From Escherichia phage NC-A, in sequence record MK310182: DNA of 39,536 nucleotides; one strand, 5' to 3'. Each line of letters begins with the position of its first letter. Position 1 is the first letter of the stretch. Positions 1 to 8,297 of the stretch are shown here, one piece after another. The position numbers were made by a program, and so were the translations under genes. The notes below the pieces were generated by a model, which did no database searches, was not told where the DNA came from, and worked only from the letters and a program-made list of their open reading frames with translations.

Positions 1-158
1 TCTCACAGTGTACGGACCCAAAGTTCCCCCCATAGGGGTACCTAAAGCCCAGCCAATCACCTAAAGACAACCGAAGGTTGACCTTGAGGGTTCCCTAGGG
101 TTGGGATGACCATTTAGTTGTCCTTTGGGTGTTACCTTGAGTGTCTCTCTGTGTCCCT
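1..158. repeat. Left direct terminal repeat (genome end)
   Basis: Bases 1-158 are repeated identically at 39379-39536; begins TCTCACAGTGTACGGACC as in the T7 terminal redundancy. Confidence 0.95.
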
Positions 159-164
159 ATCTGT

Positions 165-350
165 TACAGCCTCCTAAAGTATCCTCTTGAATCATCCTCC
201 TAAAGTCACCTCCTAAAGTCCTTCCTAAAGCCAACACCTAAAGCCTACACCCAAAGACACCATGAGTCAACGCCTATCTTAAAGTATCTTCTAAAGACCA
301 GCCTAAAGACCATCCTAAAGCCTATCCCTAAAGACGCCTTGTTGTTGCCT
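165..350. repeat. Array of imperfect CCTAAAG-type heptamer repeats next to the left terminal repeat
   Basis: About 12 copies of (C/T)CTAAAG spaced 10-20 bp apart; T7 has the same kind of array at its left end. Confidence 0.8.
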
Positions 351-381
351 ATAAAGAGATACCCTTTAATCATTGTCTCTT

Positions 382-404
382 TAATACGACTCACTATAAG
401 GAGA
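382..404 (+). promoter_or_regulatory. T7 RNAP promoter phiOL
   Basis: TAATACGACTCACTATAAGGAGA, near-consensus 23-mer. Confidence 0.85.
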
Positions 405-458
405 GAGACTACTTAAAGACCTTAAAGAGATTAATTTAAAGATTTATTAAAATTAGTG

Positions 459-495
459 TTGACTTTAAGTCTAACCTATAGGATACTTTGAGCCA
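459..495 (+). promoter_or_regulatory. E. coli RNAP early promoter A1
   Basis: -35 TTGACT (459-464), -10 GATACT (482-487); matches T7 A1 architecture. Confidence 0.85.
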
Positions 496-584
496 TCGAG
501 AGGGACACGGTGAGTAACCATCCCAATCGACACCGGGTCAAACGGTTAAGTAGACAGCCTGATAAGTCGTATGAAAAACAGGTA

Positions 585-622
585 TTGACAACACGAAGTA
601 ACATGCAGTAAGATACACAGCG
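585..622 (+). promoter_or_regulatory. E. coli RNAP early promoter A2
   Basis: -35 TTGACA (585-590), -10 TAAGAT (609-614). Confidence 0.8.
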
Positions 623-690
623 TCAACCGGACGAACGGTGTCTTCTAGGTGACTTAAGCGCACCACGGCACATAAGGTGAAACAAAACGG

Positions 691-728
691 TTGACAACAC
701 GAAGTAAACACGGTACGATGTACCACGA
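691..728 (+). promoter_or_regulatory. E. coli RNAP early promoter A3
   Basis: -35 TTGACA (691-696), -10 TACGAT (715-720). Confidence 0.8.
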
Positions 729-839
729 AATGACGGAACAGTGAGTCACCACACTGAAAGGTGATGCGGTCTAACGAAACCTGACCAAAGACGCTCTTTA
801 ACAATCTGGTAAATAGCTCTTGAGTGCATGACTAGCGGA

Positions 840-885
840 TAACTCAAGGGTATCGCAAGGTGCCCTTTATGATATTCACTAACAA
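840..885 (+). promoter_or_regulatory. RNase III processing hairpin R0.3 (approximate)
   Basis: ACTCAAGGGTATCGCAAGGTGCCCTTTATGAT hairpin with the CTCAAGG...CCTTTATGAT signature shared by the other R sites. Confidence 0.55.
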
Positions 886-904
886 CTGCACGAGGTAACA
901 CAAG

Positions 905-1273
905 ATGGCTATGTCTAACATGACTTACAACAACGTTTTCGACCACGCTTACGAAATGCTGAAAGAAAACATCCGTTATGATGACATCCGCGACACTGAT
1001 GACCTGCACGATGCTGTTCATATGGCTGCCGATAGCGCCGTTCCGCACTATTACAGTGACATTTTCAGCGTAATGGCAAGCGAGGGCATTGACCTTGAGT
1101 TCGAGGACTCTGGTCTTATGCCGGACACCAAGGACGTAATCCGCATCCTGCAAGCTCGCATCTATGAGCAACTCACGATTGACCTCTGGGAAGACGCTGA
1201 GGGCTTGCTGAACGAGTACCTTGAGGAAGTCGAAGAAGAGGAAGAGGAAGACTACGAAGAGGATGAAGAGTAA
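905..1273 (+). CDS. 0.3: Gene 0.3 Ocr, DNA-mimic anti-restriction protein (122 aa)
   Basis: [22 protein letters not shown]... highly acidic, recognised as T7 Ocr; longer Glu-rich C-terminal tail than I recall for T7. Confidence 0.95.
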   Translation: MAMSNMTYNNVFDHAYEMLKENIRYDDIRDTDDLHDAVHMAADSAVPHYYSDIFSVMASEGIDLEFEDSGLMPDTKDVIRILQARIYEQLTIDLWEDAEGLLNEYLEEVEEEEEEDYEEDEE

Positions 1274-1425
1274 TGGCTAACAACGTGCAATACGGTCTGA
1301 CCGCTCAAACTGTACTGTTCTATAGCGACATGGTGCGCTGTGGCTCCAACTGGTCGCTCGCAATGGAACACCTTAAGGAACTGTACGAAAACAACAAGGC
1401 AATAGCCTTGGAGTCTGCTGAGTGA
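1273..1425 (+). CDS. 0.4: Gene 0.4 small early protein (50 aa; FtsZ inhibitor in T7)
   Basis: ATG overlaps 0.3 stop (TAATGG); [24 protein letters not shown]...; position as in T7. Confidence 0.8.
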   Translation: MANNVQYGLTAQTVLFYSDMVRCGSNWSLAMEHLKELYENNKAIALESAE

Positions 1426-1470
1426 TAGACTCAAGGTCGCTCCTAATGAGTGGCCTTTATGATTATCACT
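1426..1470 (+). promoter_or_regulatory. RNase III site R0.5
   Basis: GACTCAAGGTCGCTCCTAATGAGTGGCCTTTATGATTATCAC. Confidence 0.6.
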
Positions 1471-1491
1471 TAACTTGAGGAATCAACGCAC

Positions 1492-1620
1492 ATGATTACT
1501 ATCAGTATACTCACCGCTCTAGGTCTGGTTGTAGGTGCACCCTTAGGGAAGTCTGTATGTGTAGCCGTGGGTGCTTACTTAGTATCTTGCATCATCACAG
1601 GAGCACTGCGCAAATGCTGA
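1492..1620 (+). CDS. 0.5: Gene 0.5 small hydrophobic early protein (42 aa)
   Basis: MITISILTALGLVVGAPLGK..., single predicted transmembrane helix; position as T7 0.5. Confidence 0.6.
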   Translation: MITISILTALGLVVGAPLGKSVCVAVGAYLVSCIITGALRKC

Positions 1621-1751
1621 AATACTACGTCATGCCCATCCATACACGCAATGGGTCTACTGTATGCACACCTGATGGGTTCGCAATGAAACAACGAATC
1701 GAACGCCTTAAGCGTGAACTCCGCACCAACCGTAAGCTGAACAACATCTGA
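1614..1751 (+). CDS. 0.6: Gene 0.6 small basic early protein (45 aa)
   Basis: MLKYYVMPIHTRNGST... start overlaps 0.5 stop; an upstream ATG at 1557 is also possible. Confidence 0.55.
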   Translation: MLKYYVMPIHTRNGSTVCTPDGFAMKQRIERLKRELRTNRKLNNI

Positions 1752-1763
1752 GGCACTAACACC

Positions 1764-1979
1764 ATGGAAAATACCGAAGGTTTAAAGCGCGGCTATATGC
1801 CTAACGGGACACTTTATGCAGCAAATAGGCGGATTGTGAGAGAGTGGCGAGCAAACAACCTCGAACGCCGTAAGGAACAGGAGCGCGCTGCATGGCATCG
1901 GCGAAAGGAAAAGGTTAAAGCCAAGAAACTGGCAGCACTTGAACGGGCACTAGCCAACACACTGAACGCTATCTCATAA
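1764..1979 (+). CDS. 0.6B/0.65-like basic early protein (71 aa)
   Basis: ORF between 0.6 and 0.7; Arg/Lys-rich helical C-terminus. Confidence 0.5.
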   Translation: MENTEGLKRGYMPNGTLYAANRRIVREWRANNLERRKEQERAAWHRRKEKVKAKKLAALERALANTLNAIS

Positions 1980-2001
1980 AGAACATACAGGACACACTAC
2001 A

Positions 2002-3081
2002 ATGAACATTACTGACATCACGAACGCAATCGACGCAATCAAAGCACTACCAATCTGTGAACTTGACAAGCGCCAAGGTATGCTCATCGACTTACTGGTC
2101 GAGATGGTCAATAGCGAGACATGCGATGGAGATATAACCGAACTGCATCAGTGTCTCGAGGCGCAAGATTGGTGGGCTACCTTGAAGTGTCTCACGGCTG
2201 ACGCTGGATTCAAGATGCTCGGTAATGGTCACTTCTCGGCTGCCTATAGTCACCCTCTGCTGCCTAAACGAGTTATTAAGGTGGGCTTTAAGAAAGAGGA
2301 CTCAGGCGCTGCGTATACCGCATTCTGCCGCATGTATCAGGGTCGCGCTGGTATCCCTAACATCTATGATGTACAGCGTCACGCTGGGTGCTATACGGTG
2401 GTTCTTGATGCACTCAACGACTGTGAATCGTATGATAATGAGGTGCACGATAAATATGCTGGGATTGCAAGCGATATTATTGACTGCAAATCGGCTGCAT
2501 ATGATAAGCGTACCGGATGGGATGGGGAGTTCGTCGAGACTTGCAAGCTAATCCGCAAGTTCTTTGAGGGCATCGCCTCGTTCGATATGCATAGTGGTAA
2601 CATCATGTTCGACGATAACGATGTGCCGTACATTACTGACCCTGTGTCATTCTCGCACAAGAAAGACGGTGGCGCTTTCAGTATTGACCCTGAGGAACTC
2701 ATTAAGGAAGTCGAGGAGGTAGCACTACAGAGGGCAATAGACCGCGCTAAGGCACGCAAGGTACGCCACGAGGGGCGCTTAGAGAAGCGTAGAATGAAAC
2801 GTCGCAACCGTAAGGCACGTAAAGCACACCGCGAAAAGTGCCAACGAAAGGTTGCACTTATGAACATAGCAAGAGGCCAGGACTGGCGCAATCACGTCAG
2901 AGTAAGGGATGCCATTGGTACAGTCAGACACGCAAACGCATGGGCACAAATGCAGCTTGCGGACTTTAAGGCGCTTGAAGAACGCATAGCGGCCCATTGG
3001 CTCGTAGCTGACAGGATGGCTATCGCTAACGGGCTGCCACTTAACATCGACAAGAAACTTGACGCAATGCTAATGGGCTGA
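2002..3081 (+). CDS. 0.7: Gene 0.7 Ser/Thr protein kinase, host shut-off (359 aa)
   Basis: Same length as T7 gp0.7; basic C-terminal tail. Confidence 0.95.
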   Translation: MNITDITNAIDAIKALPICELDKRQGMLIDLLVEMVNSETCDGDITELHQCLEAQDWWATLKCLTADAGFKMLGNGHFSAAYSHPLLPKRVIKVGFKKEDSGAAYTAFCRMYQGRAGIPNIYDVQRHAGCYTVVLDALNDCESYDNEVHDKYAGIASDIIDCKSAAYDKRTGWDGEFVETCKLIRKFFEGIASFDMHSGNIMFDDNDVPYITDPVSFSHKKDGGAFSIDPEELIKEVEEVALQRAIDRAKARKVRHEGRLEKRRMKRRNRKARKAHREKCQRKVALMNIARGQDWRNHVRVRDAIGTVRHANAWAQMQLADFKALEERIAAHWLVADRMAIANGLPLNIDKKLDAMLMG

Positions 3082-3084
3082 TAG

Positions 3085-3150
3085 TCTTATCTTACAGGTC
3101 ATCTACGGGTGGCCTGAATAGATACGATTTACTAACCGAAAGAGGCGCTA
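3085..3150 (+). promoter_or_regulatory. RNase III site R1 region (approximate)
   Basis: Imperfect inverted repeat CAGGTCATC...GGTGGCCTG just upstream of gene 1. Confidence 0.4.
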
Positions 3151-3151
3151 A

Positions 3152-5803
3152 ATGAACACGATTAACATCGCTAAGAACGACTTCTCTGACATCGAACTGG
3201 CTGCTATCCCTTTCAATACTCTCGCTGACCATTACGGTGAGCGTTTAGCTCGTGAGCAACTAGCTCTTGAGCATGAGTCTTACGAGATGGGTGAAGCACG
3301 CTTCCGCAAGATGTTTGAGCGTCAACTTAAGGCGGGTGAGGTTGCTGATAACGCTGCTGCAAAGCCTCTAATTGCTACCCTGCTACCCAAGATGATTGCA
3401 CGCATCAACGAGTGGTTTGAGGAGGTACAAGCTAAGCGTGGCAAGCGTCCAACAGCTTTCCAATTCCTGCAAGAAATAAAACCGGAAGCCGTAGCGTACA
3501 TCACCATTAAGACAACGCTGGCTTGCCTAACGAGCGTAGACAATACAACCGTTCAGGCTGTAGCCAGTGCAATCGGTCGAGCTATCGAGGATGAGGCTCG
3601 CTTTGGTCACATCCGTGACCTTGAAGCTAAGCACTTCAAGAAACGCGTTGAGGAACAGCTTAACAAGCGCGTAGGTCACGTCTACAAGAAAGCATTTATG
3701 CAAGTTGTCGAGGCTGACATGCTCTCCAAAGGTCTACTGGGTGGAGAGGCGTGGTCTTCGTGGCACAAGGAGGACTCAATTCATGTAGGTGTGCGCTGCA
3801 TTGAGATGCTTATTGAGTCAACCGGAATGGTTAACTTACATCGTCAGAATGCTGGAGTTGTGGGCCAAGACTCTGAGACTATCGAACTCGCACCGGAATA
3901 CGCTGAGGCTATCGCCACTCGTGCTGGTGCACTGGCTGGTATTTCCCCAATGTTACAACCTTGTGTAGTTCCTCCTAAGCCTTGGACTGGTATTACTGGA
4001 GGTGGCTATTGGGCCAACGGTCGCCGCCCTCTGGCTCTGGTGCGTACTCACAGCAAGAAAGCACTGATGCGCTACGAAGATGTTTACATGCCTGAGGTGT
4101 ACAAGGCGATTAACATTGCGCAAAACACCGCATGGAAAATCAACAAGAAAGTCCTAGCGGTCGCCAACGTAATCACTAAGTGGAAGCATTGTCCGGTCGA
4201 GGATATCCCAGCGATTGAGCGTGAAGAACTCCCGATGAAACCGGAAGACATCGACACGAATCCTGAGGCTCTCACCGCTTGGAAACGCGCTGCTGCCGCT
4301 GTGTACCGTAAAGACAAGGCTCGCAAGTCCCGCCGTATCAGCCTTGAGTTCATGCTTGAGCAAGCCAATAAGTTCGCTAACCACAAAGCTATCTGGTTCC
4401 CTTACAATATGGACTGGCGCGGTCGTGTTTACGCTGTGTCAATGTTCAACCCGCAAGGTAACGACATGACCAAAGGGCTGCTAACACTGGCTAAAGGTAA
4501 ACCAATCGGCAAGGATGGTTTCTACTGGTTGAAGATTCATGGTGCTAACTGCGCGGGAGTTGACAAGGTTCCATTCCCTGAGCGCATCAAGTTCATTGAG
4601 GACAACCACGAGAACATCCTAGCATGCGCTAAGTCTCCTCTGGAGAACACTTGGTGGGCCGAACAAGATTCGCCGTTCTGCTTCTTAGCGTTCTGCTTTG
4701 AGTACGCTGGGGTACAGCACCACGGCTTAAGCTATAACTGCTCGCTGCCACTGGCGTTTGATGGGTCTTGCTCAGGTATCCAGCACTTCTCCGCAATGCT
4801 CCGCGATGAGGTAGGTGGTCGTGCTGTTAACCTCCTTCCTAGTGAAACCGTTCAGGACATCTACGGGATTGTTGCTAAGAAAGTTAACGAGATTCTCCAA
4901 GCTGACGTAATCAACGGGACCGACAACGAAGTAGTGACTGTGACCGATGAGAACACTGGCGAAATCTCTGAGAAAATCAAACTGGGTACTAAAGCACTGG
5001 CTGGTCAATGGCTGGCTTACGGTGTTACACGCAGTGTGACTAAGCGTTCAGTCATGACGTTGGCCTACGGGTCCAAAGAGTTCGGCTTTCGCCAGCAAGT
5101 CCTTGAGGATACCATTCAGCCAGCTATTGATTCCGGCAAGGGTCTGATGTTCACTCAACCTAATCAGGCCGCTGGGTACATGGCGAAACTGATTTGGGAA
5201 TCTGTGAGCGTGACCGTAGTCGCCGCTGTAAAGGCAATGAACTGGCTCAAGTCTGCCGCTAAGCTGCTGGCTGCTGAGGTCAAAGATAAGAAGACTGGAG
5301 AGATTCTTCGTAAGCGTTGCGCGGTACATTGGGTAACTCCTGATGGGTTCCCTGTGTGGCAGGAATACAAGAAGCCTATACAGACCCGCTTAAACCTCAT
5401 GTTCCTCGGTCAGTTCCGCTTACAGCCTACCATTAACACCAACAAGGATAGCGAGATTGATGCACACAAACAGGAGTCCGGTATCGCTCCGAACTTTGTT
5501 CACAGTCAAGATGGTAGCCACCTGCGTAAGACCGTAGTGTGGGCGCACGAGAAGTACGGAATCGAATCATTTGCGTTGATTCACGACTCATTCGGGACCA
5601 TTCCGGCAGACGCTGCCAACCTGTTCAAAGCTGTGCGCGAAACAATGGTTGACACTTATGAGTCTTGTGATGTACTGGCTGACTTCTACGGGCAGTTCGC
5701 AGACCAGCTTCACGAATCTCAATTGGATAAAATGCCAGCACTTCCGGCTAAAGGTAACTTGAATCTCCAAGACATCCTTAAGTCAGACTTTGCGTTCGCG
5801 TAA
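3152..5803 (+). CDS. 1: Gene 1 T7-type single-subunit RNA polymerase (883 aa)
   Basis: MNTINIAKNDFSDIELAAIPFNTLADHYGERLAREQ...; same length as T7 RNAP; genome carries cognate T7 promoters. Confidence 0.99.
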   Translation: MNTINIAKNDFSDIELAAIPFNTLADHYGERLAREQLALEHESYEMGEARFRKMFERQLKAGEVADNAAAKPLIATLLPKMIARINEWFEEVQAKRGKRPTAFQFLQEIKPEAVAYITIKTTLACLTSVDNTTVQAVASAIGRAIEDEARFGHIRDLEAKHFKKRVEEQLNKRVGHVYKKAFMQVVEADMLSKGLLGGEAWSSWHKEDSIHVGVRCIEMLIESTGMVNLHRQNAGVVGQDSETIELAPEYAEAIATRAGALAGISPMLQPCVVPPKPWTGITGGGYWANGRRPLALVRTHSKKALMRYEDVYMPEVYKAINIAQNTAWKINKKVLAVANVITKWKHCPVEDIPAIEREELPMKPEDIDTNPEALTAWKRAAAAVYRKDKARKSRRISLEFMLEQANKFANHKAIWFPYNMDWRGRVYAVSMFNPQGNDMTKGLLTLAKGKPIGKDGFYWLKIHGANCAGVDKVPFPERIKFIEDNHENILACAKSPLENTWWAEQDSPFCFLAFCFEYAGVQHHGLSYNCSLPLAFDGSCSGIQHFSAMLRDEVGGRAVNLLPSETVQDIYGIVAKKVNEILQADVINGTDNEVVTVTDENTGEISEKIKLGTKALAGQWLAYGVTRSVTKRSVMTLAYGSKEFGFRQQVLEDTIQPAIDSGKGLMFTQPNQAAGYMAKLIWESVSVTVVAAVKAMNWLKSAAKLLAAEVKDKKTGEILRKRCAVHWVTPDGFPVWQEYKKPIQTRLNLMFLGQFRLQPTINTNKDSEIDAHKQESGIAPNFVHSQDGSHLRKTVVWAHEKYGIESFALIHDSFGTIPADAANLFKAVRETMVDTYESCDVLADFYGQFADQLHESQLDKMPALPAKGNLNLQDILKSDFAFA

Positions 5804-5811
5804 CGTCAAAT

Positions 5812-5834
5812 TAATACGACTCACTATAGAGGGA
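5812..5834 (+). promoter_or_regulatory. T7 promoter phi1.1A
   Basis: TAATACGACTCACTATAGAGGGA. Confidence 0.9.
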
Positions 5835-5835
5835 C

Positions 5836-5877
5836 AGACTCAAGGTCATTCACAAGAGTGGCCTTTATGATTGACCT
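5836..5877 (+). promoter_or_regulatory. RNase III site R1.1
   Basis: AGACTCAAGGTCATTCACAAGAGTGGCCTTTATGATTGACC. Confidence 0.6.
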
Positions 5878-5884
5878 TCTGCGT

Positions 5885-5907
5885 TAATTCGACTCACTAT
5901 AGGGAGA
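5885..5907 (+). promoter_or_regulatory. T7 promoter phi1.1B
   Basis: TAATTCGACTCACTATAGGGAGA. Confidence 0.9.
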
Positions 5908-5987
5908 ACCTTAAGGTTTAACTTTAAGACCCTTAAGTGTTAATTAGAGAGATATAAATTAAAGATTACTAAGAGAGGACTTTAAGT
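5908..5987 (+). other. AT-rich primary replication origin region downstream of phi1.1A/B
   Basis: AT-rich tract (CTTAAGGTTTAACTTTAAGACCCTTAAGTGTTAATTAGAGAGATATAAATTAAAG) in the position of the T7 primary origin. Confidence 0.6.
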
Positions 5988-6116
5988 ATGCGTAACTTCG
6001 AAAAGATGACCAAACGTTCTAACCGTAACGCTCATGACCTCGAGGCAACCAAAGGTCGCAAGTTGAATAAGACTAAGCGTGACCGCTCTCATAAACGTAG
6101 CTGGGAGGGTCAGTAA
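5988..6116 (+). CDS. 1.1: Gene 1.1 small basic protein (42 aa)
   Basis: MRNFEKMTKRSNRNAHDLEATKGRK...; SD AAGAGAGG upstream. Confidence 0.85.
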   Translation: MRNFEKMTKRSNRNAHDLEATKGRKLNKTKRDRSHKRSWEGQ

Positions 6117-6117
6117 G

Positions 6118-6390
6118 ATGGGTCGCTTATATAGTGGTAACTTAATGGCGTTCAAGGATGCCATAGAGAGGCTTAAAGAAGACCACGATGTCCGTGTGGT
6201 CACTGAGACTTATCGATATGAGAACTACGCACAGCGCCGATGGGTATCCGGTGAGACTCTCCGTATTGTCCTACGTAATGGCCTCGTGCTGACATCCAAG
6301 CGTTTCGAACAGTCAGACGAAGATGTCCGATGCAATGCCAAGACTGAGTGGCTCCGTAAGGTACACGCAGACTTGAAGCACTGGAAGTAA
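6118..6390 (+). CDS. 1.2: Gene 1.2 protein (90 aa), homologue of the T7 dGTPase inhibitor
   Basis: Conserved N-terminus MGRLYSGNL.AFK and C-terminus DLKHWK; central part diverges from T7 gp1.2 as I recall it. Confidence 0.8.
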   Translation: MGRLYSGNLMAFKDAIERLKEDHDVRVVTETYRYENYAQRRWVSGETLRIVLRNGLVLTSKRFEQSDEDVRCNAKTEWLRKVHADLKHWK

Positions 6391-6410
6391 TACGACTCAG
6401 TATAGGAGGA
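6388..6410 (+). promoter_or_regulatory. T7 promoter phi1.3
   Basis: TAATACGACTCAGTATAGGAGGA, overlaps 1.2 stop. Confidence 0.85.
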
Positions 6411-6450
6411 CAATGCTTAAGGTCGCTCTCACCGAGTGGCCTTAGTCGTT
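6411..6450 (+). promoter_or_regulatory. RNase III site R1.3
   Basis: CAATGCTTAAGGTCGCTCTCACCGAGTGGCCTTAGTCG. Confidence 0.55.
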
Positions 6451-6475
6451 TAACCTCAACATGGAGATAAACCTT

Positions 6476-7498
6476 ATGATGAACATTAAGACCAACCCGT
6501 TTAAAGCAACGTCCTTCGTAGAGTCTGCCGTTAAGAAGGCTCTGGATAACGCTGGGTATCTTATCGCTGACGTTAAATATGATGGTGTCCGTGGTAACAT
6601 CTGCGTAGACAATACCGCTAACGGTTGCTGGCTCTCTCGCGTATCTAAAACGATTCCGGCACTGGAGCACTTAAACGGTTTCGACGTTCGGTGGAAGCAT
6701 CTCCTGAATGATGACCGTTGTTTCTACAAAGATGGCTTTATGTTGGATGGCGAACTTATGGTCAAGGGAGTGGACTTTAACACGGGGTCCGGCCTACTAC
6801 GCACCAAATGGACTGACACTAAGAACCAAGAGTTCCATGAAGTGTTGTTCGTTGAGCCAGTACGTAAGAAAGAGAAGATACCGTTTCACCTGCACGCAAT
6901 GAAACTTCAAGTTAAACTTTATGCTGTACTACCGCTGCACATCGTAGAGTCTGGAGAAGACTGTGACATTATGACGCTGCTTATGCAGGAACACGTTAAG
7001 AATATGCTGCCTCTGCTACAGGAATACTACCCTGAAATAGAATGGCAAGCGGCTGAATCTTATGAGGTTTATGATATGGTCGAACTCCAGCAACTGTACG
7101 AGGCCAAGCGGGAAGAAGGACATGAGGGTCTCATTGTGAAAGACCCAATGTGCATCTACAAGCGCGGTAAGAAGTCCGGCTGGTGGAAACTCAAGCCTCT
7201 TGAGGAAGCTGACGGAATCATTCAAGGTGTAAACTGGGGAACAGAAGGACTTGCTAACGAAGGTAAGGTAATTGGGTTCAAGGTGCTTCTTGAGACTGGT
7301 CGTCTTGTCGATGCCAATAACATCTCTCGCGCCTTAATGGATGAATTTACAGCTAACGTTAAAGAACATGGCGAAGACTACTATAATGGCTGGGCTTGCC
7401 AGATTGGATTTATGGAGGTAACTAACGATGGGAGTCTCAGACATCCTTCATTCTCATGTTTCCGTGGAACAGAAGATAATCGCTGCGAAAAAATGTAA
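6476..7498 (+). CDS. 1.3: Gene 1.3 ATP-dependent DNA ligase (340 aa)
   Basis: MMNIKTNPFKA...KYDGVRG adenylation motif; SD GGAGA 8 nt upstream; track ORF starts at upstream ATG 6461 with no SD. Confidence 0.93.
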   Translation: MMNIKTNPFKATSFVESAVKKALDNAGYLIADVKYDGVRGNICVDNTANGCWLSRVSKTIPALEHLNGFDVRWKHLLNDDRCFYKDGFMLDGELMVKGVDFNTGSGLLRTKWTDTKNQEFHEVLFVEPVRKKEKIPFHLHAMKLQVKLYAVLPLHIVESGEDCDIMTLLMQEHVKNMLPLLQEYYPEIEWQAAESYEVYDMVELQQLYEAKREEGHEGLIVKDPMCIYKRGKKSGWWKLKPLEEADGIIQGVNWGTEGLANEGKVIGFKVLLETGRLVDANNISRALMDEFTANVKEHGEDYYNGWACQIGFMEVTNDGSLRHPSFSCFRGTEDNRCEKM

Positions 7499-7907
7499 AT
7501 ACAATCCGGCCAGTCCTTCGGGGCTGGTCTTTTTGCGTTTCGGTAAACCAGTTAAAATGGGAACTTTGCGCAAAGATGGTTATTGGTCTACTCAGCTTGG
7601 CAAGAAGAACGTACAGGTACACCGCATAGTTTGGGTGCTAAACTTTGGGTCTATACCCGCTGGTATGGAGATAGACCATATAAACAGGAATCCTAGCGAT
7701 AATCGGATAGAGAACCTTAGGCTAGTGACTAGATCACAGAATGGGTTTAACAGAAGAGTTCCTAAGCAGTCAAGAACCGGTGAGAGATACATCCACACTT
7801 GCTCCAAGACTGGTAGGTTTATAGTGCGGATTTCTGGTAAATCCTACGGCACATATGGTACTCTCGAAGAGGCTATAGCTGTGCGAGATGCTAATACGAC
7901 TCACTAA
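7428..7907 (+). CDS. HNH-AP2 family endonuclease-like protein (159 aa; alternative start 7557 gives 116 aa)
   Basis: HNH_3-type motif DGYW...VHRIVW...IDHINRNPSDNRIENLRLVTRSQN then AP2-like C-terminus YIHTCSKTGRFIVRISGKSYGTYGTLEEAIAVRD; SD GGAGGT 8 nt before ATG 7428; rare codons (AGG/AGA/ATA/CTA). Confidence 0.75.
   Translation: MGVSDILHSHVSVEQKIIAAKKCKYNPASPSGLVFLRFGKPVKMGTLRKDGYWSTQLGKKNVQVHRIVWVLNFGSIPAGMEIDHINRNPSDNRIENLRLVTRSQNGFNRRVPKQSRTGERYIHTCSKTGRFIVRISGKSYGTYGTLEEAIAVRDANTTH
7508..7535 (+). terminator. Early (E. coli RNAP) intrinsic terminator TE
   Basis: GGCCAGTCC-TTCG-GGGCTGGTC hairpin followed by TTTTTGCGTTT; same architecture as the T7 TE element I recall (CTGGCTCACCTTCGGGTGGGCCTTTCTGCGTTT). 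Confidence 0.85.
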
Positions 7908-7914
7908 AGGAGGT
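7892..7914 (+). promoter_or_regulatory. T7 promoter phi1.5
   Basis: TAATACGACTCACTAAAGGAGGT. Confidence 0.9.
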
Positions 7915-7921
7915 ACACACC

Positions 7922-8011
7922 ATGATGTACTTAATGCCACTACTAATCATCATCGTCGGATGCCTTGTGCTCCATTACAGCGATGACGATATGCCAGATG
8001 GTCACGCTTAA
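7922..8011 (+). CDS. 1.5: Gene 1.5 small hydrophobic protein (29 aa)
   Basis: MMYLMPLLIIIVGCLVLHYSDDDMPDGHA; lies between phi1.5 and phi1.6 as in T7. Confidence 0.75.
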   Translation: MMYLMPLLIIIVGCLVLHYSDDDMPDGHA

Positions 8012-8031
8012 TACGACTCACTAAAGGAGAC
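8009..8031 (+). promoter_or_regulatory. T7 promoter phi1.6
   Basis: TAATACGACTCACTAAAGGAGAC. Confidence 0.9.
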
Positions 8032-8036
8032 ACTAT

Positions 8037-8297
8037 ATGTTTCGACTTCATTACAACAAAAGCCTTAAGGGTTTCTCAGTTCGCCGTGCTGACCGTTCAA
8101 TCGTATGTGCGAGCGAGCGCCGAGCTAAGCTGCCTCTTATTGGTGACACGGTTCCTTTGTCACCTAGCGTCCACATCATTATCACTCGCGGTGACTTTGA
8201 GAAAGCAATAGACAAGAAACGTCCGGTTCTTAGTGTGGCAGTGACCCGCTTCCCGTTCGTCCGTCTGTTACTCAAACGAATCAAGGAGGTGTTCTGA
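8037..8297 (+). CDS. 1.6: Gene 1.6 protein (86 aa)
   Basis: [21 protein letters not shown]...; T7 gp1.6 homologue. Confidence 0.9.
   Translation: MFRLHYNKSLKGFSVRRADRSIVCASERRAKLPLIGDTVPLSPSVHIIITRGDFEKAIDKKRPVLSVAVTRFPFVRLLLKRIKEVF

Noticed and set aside
165-350. Possible CRISPR array suggested by the regularly spaced short repeats
   Set aside because: Repeat unit is only 7 bp with variable 3-15 bp spacing, no cas genes, and it sits at a phage genome end; this is the known T7-type terminal heptamer array.
1557-1613. Upstream ATG extending gene 0.6 to 64 aa
   Set aside because: The extension overlaps gene 0.5 in another frame and has no SD; ATG 1614 at the 0.5 stop matches the T7 arrangement better. 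Left as an alternative.
7557-7907. Shorter 116-aa version of the HNH ORF starting after TE
   Set aside because: Not rejected outright, but ATG 7557 has no SD, whereas the residues before it (PSGLVFLRFGKPVK) fit the N-terminal strand region usual in HNH-AP2 proteins, so the longer ORF was preferred.
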